A stretch of 64,000 nt of DNA, from assembly GCA_012295275.1 (NCBI GenBank), contig CM022668.1:10726001-10790000 (forward strand). Reading direction: 5' to 3'. The notes beneath the pieces were generated by a model. The model was not told the origin of the DNA. It did not search any database and worked only from the letters and a program-made list of their open reading frames with translations. Each line of letters begins with the position of its first letter. Positions within the stretch are counted from its first letter, which is position 1. Positions 45,361-64,000 of the stretch are shown here, one piece after another. Source of the stretch: Chrysomallon squamiferum (taxonomy: Eukaryota; Animalia; Mollusca). The position numbers and the translations under genes were made by a program.

Positions 45361-45474
45361 GCCTGAAATCTCTTCCTGGACAAAACCACTAACAAAGAAA
45401 CAAACAAATAGAAAAATAAATAAATTAATAAACAAAATGTTCAAATTATTTAGTCTTCAGATGAATTCAGTAAT

Positions 45475-45512
<38 letters not shown>

Positions 45513-45529
45513 TTCAAGATAGGTAGAAC

Positions 45530-54797
<9,268 letters not shown>

Positions 54798-55172
54798 GAG
54801 AATAATAATAATAATAATAATAATAATATAATAATAATAATAAAATACAAATAATAATAATAGTAATAACAATAATAATAATAATAATGACGATCATGAT
54901 GATAATGATAATATTAATAGTAACAGTAATGATAGTAATAATAATGATAATAATGATGATGATGATAATAATAATGATACTGATAACGATAATAATAATA
55001 ATCATAACTGATTTAATAATTACACGCTATTATACAGTCTGTTTTTTTTGTTAGACCATCTTTTCGAGAGATACAAATATATATGTAATTATTTTCATTA
55101 AACTATTTTATTTTGAAAACTATGTTATTGTGCTTGAACACACACTCACACTAGTACACTATTTTAACAATG

Positions 55173-55760
55173 ACTCATCACATATTACTTTCCCGTTCAC
55201 TGGTCACTGGTACATGCCAATTGATTGAAAGTTTGTGGGATTTTGCACTTGGAGTGTCTAATGGCATAATAAACATGATTTACACATCAGCACTTTTAAT
55301 CAGTGATTGTCTTCTCAATCGAACTAATTTATGGTAAACAGATATTACCTACACAGTGTCAGTCAAAATATTTCGTTTTCTTTCAGTTGATTATCTGCAG
55401 AAACTGTTGTCCAATGACTAACATTGTTTACCTTTTAATAACAGAACATATCCTAAATATATATATTTTTTTGGGGGTCTTTTCTTTTTCTTTATTTAAA
55501 TTATGTGTGCGTGTCTGGGTGTCTCTCTATCTCTCTATCTATCTATCTATCTATGTATCTATCTATATATCTACCTATCTATATTGCAGAGAAAAAATAT
55601 TTTGATGTCTATGTATTTTATATTCTGTTCTTCTTTTCTTCTTGAATTCTTCTGCTTGGTTCTTTTTATTTATTTATTTATTTATTTAATTATTTATTTT
55701 TATTTACTTGTTTTTATTTCATCTTCTCCTTTTTTTTTCTTCTTCTTCTTCTTCTTCTTC

Positions 55761-55795
<35 letters not shown>

Positions 55796-56349
55796 TATGT
55801 ATTTGACATATACAAACACACATACATAGACATCAAAATATTTTTCTCTGCAATATAGATAGATAGATAGATACATAGATAGATAGACAGATAGAGAGAT
55901 AGACGCCCAGACACGCACACAAAATCTATATAGATACATAGATAGATACATAGATAGATACATAGATAGATACATAGATAGATAGATACAGAGATAGATA
56001 GATACCCAGAGAAGCACACATAATTTAAATAAAGAAAAAGAAAAGCCAAAACAATATATATATATTTAGGATATTTTCTGTTATTAAAGGGTAAGTAATG
56101 TTAGTCATGGGACAACAGTTTCTGCAGATAATCAACTCAAAGAAAGCGAAATATTTTGACTGACACTGTGTAGCAAATATCTGTTTACCATGAATTAGTT
56201 CTATTGAGAAGACAATCACTGATTAAAAGTGTTGATGTGTAAATCATGTTTATTATGCCATTAGACACTCCAAGTGCAAAATCACACAAACTTTCAATCG
56301 ATTGGCATGTGCCAGTGACCAGTGAACGGGAAAGTAATATGTGATGAGT
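55173..56349. repeat. Long inverted repeat (arms 55173-55615 and 55823-56349), plus a diverged direct copy of spacer + right arm at about 56427-57185
   Basis: ACTCATCACATATTACTTTCCCGTTCACTGGTCACTGG... at 55173 is the reverse complement of ...CCAGTGACCAGTGAACGGGAAAGTAATATGTGATGAGT ending at 56349. The ORF track shows near-identical peptides on opposite strands (55303+ and 56219-). Confidence 0.92.
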
Positions 56350-56549
56350 GAAAACAGTGAAGTTTTCATTTCGACCAATGCAAAAAACTGAACAGACAGA
56401 TTGTCTTATGAAACAAATTTTCTGTTTTTATATTCTGTTCTTCTTTTCTTCTTGAATTCTTCTGCTTCTTTTTATTTATTTGTTTATTTATTTGTTTATA
56501 TATTTTTATTTCTTGGTTTGTTTCTTTGTTTCTACTTCTACTTCTCCTT

Positions 56550-56580
<31 letters not shown>

Positions 56581-56739
56581 TTACTATTATTATTATTATT
56601 TTTTTTTATTATTATTATTTATGTATTAGACATATAGAAACACACATTCAGAGACACCAAAATATTTTGTCTCTGCAATATCAGCTTCAGCAGACATATA
56701 CATATATATCTTTTTCTTTTTCTTTCTTTATTTGTGTGC

Positions 56740-56863
<124 letters not shown>

Positions 56864-57617
56864 GTCTGTCGGTATACATATCTATCTATCTATCTATCTA
56901 TCTATATATATATATATATATATGAGTAAAAGACAACACAAATATTTAGGATATTTTCTGTTACTAAAAGGTAAGTAATGAGAGAACAGTTTCTACAGAG
57001 AATCCACTGAAATAAAGCGACGTATTTTGACTGACACTTTGTAGCTACTAACTCAGTTTACCATGAATTAATTCTACTGACGATGACAAACTGATTGACA
57101 CTGCTTATTTGTAAATCATGATTATTAATGATAATAATGTAACACTTTGAATAAATAATTACATTTGTCCATGCCATTAGACGCCCAAAGAAATTAAAAT
57201 TATTCAAAATCATACCCTAGTTTTGTTATTTTCATGATTATAATCTGGGTCAAGTAGAAATCTTCCTCTTCTTTATATTTTTTTTTTATTTTTTATTTTT
57301 TTATTTACAATTAAATGATTATGCGTACATATTACGGGTCGTTCTGGGTCCAATAACAATAAAATGGAAGCTGTAACTCGGCTGATTTAGATTTTGATAA
57401 CATTTAATGGTATTCTTTGTTTTGGTCTAAACTTGATAAATATCAGATTATACCTTCATCGAACCAGTAGAGAGGCCGTTTTACAAATAAGGCCCTTTAA
57501 AAGGTGATAACTGTGTGAAAAATAAGCGCGGTTACAAGCATCTAGAAATCTTTGGCCGGTCTCCATGGTGGTGTTGTTGGAAAGGGAATTCTATAAGGAA
57601 TTCAGATCAATAACCAT

Positions 57618-58082
57618 ATAACACACACTCATATACATACGTACATACACACACACACACACATATTTACATACATACATACATACATAGATACACACAT
57701 ACATACATACATAATACATACATACATACATACACATATACACACACATACATACACACATACATACATACATACACACATACATACACACATACATACA
57801 TACATACACACACATACACACATACATACACACACATACATACATACACACATACATACACAGACACATACATACATACACACATACATACTCAGACACA
57901 TACATACATACACACACATACATACATACATGCACACACATACATACACAGACATACATACACACATACATACACACACATACATACACACATACATACA
58001 CACACATACATACATACATACATACATACATACATACATACATACACACACACATACATACATACATACATACATACACACA

Positions 58083-58112
<30 letters not shown>
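57618..58112. repeat. Compound (ACAT)n/(AC)n microsatellite
   Basis: About 500 bp of ACAT/AC units; source of the MYVC-type spurious ORFs. Confidence 0.95.
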
Positions 58113-58113
<1 letters not shown>

Positions 58114-58338
58114 GGTGGCGTGCAGCCGGGGGCGTGCATCCAATCAGAGAAGAGAATAAATTTGGTTGATTTTTATTTAATGGAATAAAGTGTTTATTTT
58201 ATATTTTATCTGTGTTTACATCTTCAGTATATCTTCCTTTCTCATAATATTTCTCTGTACTAAACTTTGTACTTGAGTCTTTGGGGCATGCAATCAAGGA
58301 GTTGGCTCTGGGTTTCACCAGACCTCTGCATGCCACTG
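58113..58338. mobile_element. Possible short hAT-like MITE
   Basis: Ends TGGTGGCGTGCAG ... CTGCATGCCACTG form an imperfect inverted repeat resembling CAGTGGCG-type hAT termini. No clear TSD seen. Confidence 0.35.
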
Positions 58339-58639
58339 TATATATAAATAAAATTAAATTAATCTATTCGTTATTCTACATCATTTTACAGTGGTTTCAA
58401 AGTATTGTATTTCTTTGATTAAATACCATTTATTTAGAAAAGCATTATTATATGCTAATTATTAATATATGCTGTGCATGTATATATTTGGGGGTTTTTT
58501 TGGTTGATTTTTTCTTCTTTCCGTTTTTCATGGAGAAAGTTAATTTGTTTTATTGTTATGTATGTATGTATGTATGTATGTAATTTTATATTCTACCTCT
58601 TTTTTAAATAAAAGAAATGATTAAGGCACTTTATTTTTT

Positions 58640-58690
58640 TTCCTGTATGACGTCAAATTATGACGTAGACATCTTCCTCGAGGTAAGAAT
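58640..58690 (+). promoter_or_regulatory. Putative promoter / non-coding exon 1 of gene 4
   Basis: TGACGTCA 58648-58655, TGACGT 58661, donor GAG|GTAAGA at 58683. Confidence 0.55.
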
Positions 58691-58771
58691 TATTATTATT
58701 GCTATTATTGCTATTATTTATTTATTTATATATTTATTTATTTGTTTTATTTTATTTTATTGTTATTACTG

Positions 58772-58820
<49 letters not shown>

Positions 58821-59122
58821 TATTACAAATATTCTGAAGTAAGGAAAAACACACAAACAAAATGTTATCTCTTAGCGTCACGTTATATTTAAAATTCAGA
58901 GCTAAAACCCAACACTACACCAGAAAATTTCGCGTATCTTGTTTCTTCTACGTTTCCTTTATTTTTGTTCTGTTTGCATTGTCCTACAACTTAAAACTTT
59001 CGCATTTATATTTCAACTTTTATTTATTTATATTGTTTATATAAAATAGGTGGGTTTTCTTTACGTTCTTTGGTTGTTTTGGGGGTTTTTTTTTCGTTTG
59101 TTTCTCTTTTTTTAATTAATTA

Positions 59123-59166
<44 letters not shown>

Positions 59167-59399
59167 TCATGGAGAAAGTATTTGTGTCATTGTTATTTGC
59201 ATGATGTACGTTATAGCTCGGACTGCCACTAGCTTTTTAATTTAAAAAAAATGTGATAAATTAACTTCTATAAACGAATTTCTACTGTGTACTGCGTAAA
59301 GTACAAAATTTAATACCTTCAAGCTGTTGCATGGAATTACGTCATCACGTGTTAATCAAGCGAAATATGTTTAACCAGATGACGTAACTATTTTAACTA

Positions 59400-59433
<34 letters not shown>

Positions 59434-59489
59434 CTGAAATTCAAAACAAAATACCACTGATTACAATTTCATGTTTACAATTGTGTTTT

Positions 59490-59526
<37 letters not shown>

Positions 59527-59633
59527 GACTACTACTACTACTACCACTACTACTACTACTATTACTGTTGTTGTTATTATTATCATTATTATTATTATTA
59601 TTATTCAGGTTATTAATATCAACATATCGCAAA

Positions 59634-64000
<4,367 letters not shown>

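Overview
AT-rich, microsatellite-dense, intron-containing animal DNA. A mollusc, possibly a cephalopod, is my inference from sequence style and gene content, not something shown. Most ORF-track entries are microsatellite artefacts; the real genes were rebuilt by hand from GT-AG exons. Bases 1-6.65 kb hold the 3' end of a tandem-domain (receptor-type) protein tyrosine phosphatase gene on +, with an active-looking D1, a degenerate D2 and a C-terminal VYANM. Bases 10.9-64 kb hold a cluster of four paralogous type-I membrane protein genes plus one collapsed pseudogene. Each encodes signal peptide - several F-type lectin (fucolectin) domains - thrombospondin type-1 repeats (TSR) - TM - short tail. 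Gene 1 is on - (FTLx3-TSR-FTLx2-TSRx4) and sits head-to-head with gene 2 on + (FTLx4-TSRx4). Gene 3 (+, FTLx4-TSRx4) and gene 4 (+, truncated by the window edge) follow. All ectodomain exons are symmetric phase 1, sugar-binding residues differ between domains, and every paralog has a TGACGTCA element at a putative non-coding first exon. Also present: a decayed Tc1 element, an internally deleted Tigger/pogo element, minisatellites (one higher-order array rich in TGACTCA) and a long inverted repeat after gene 3.
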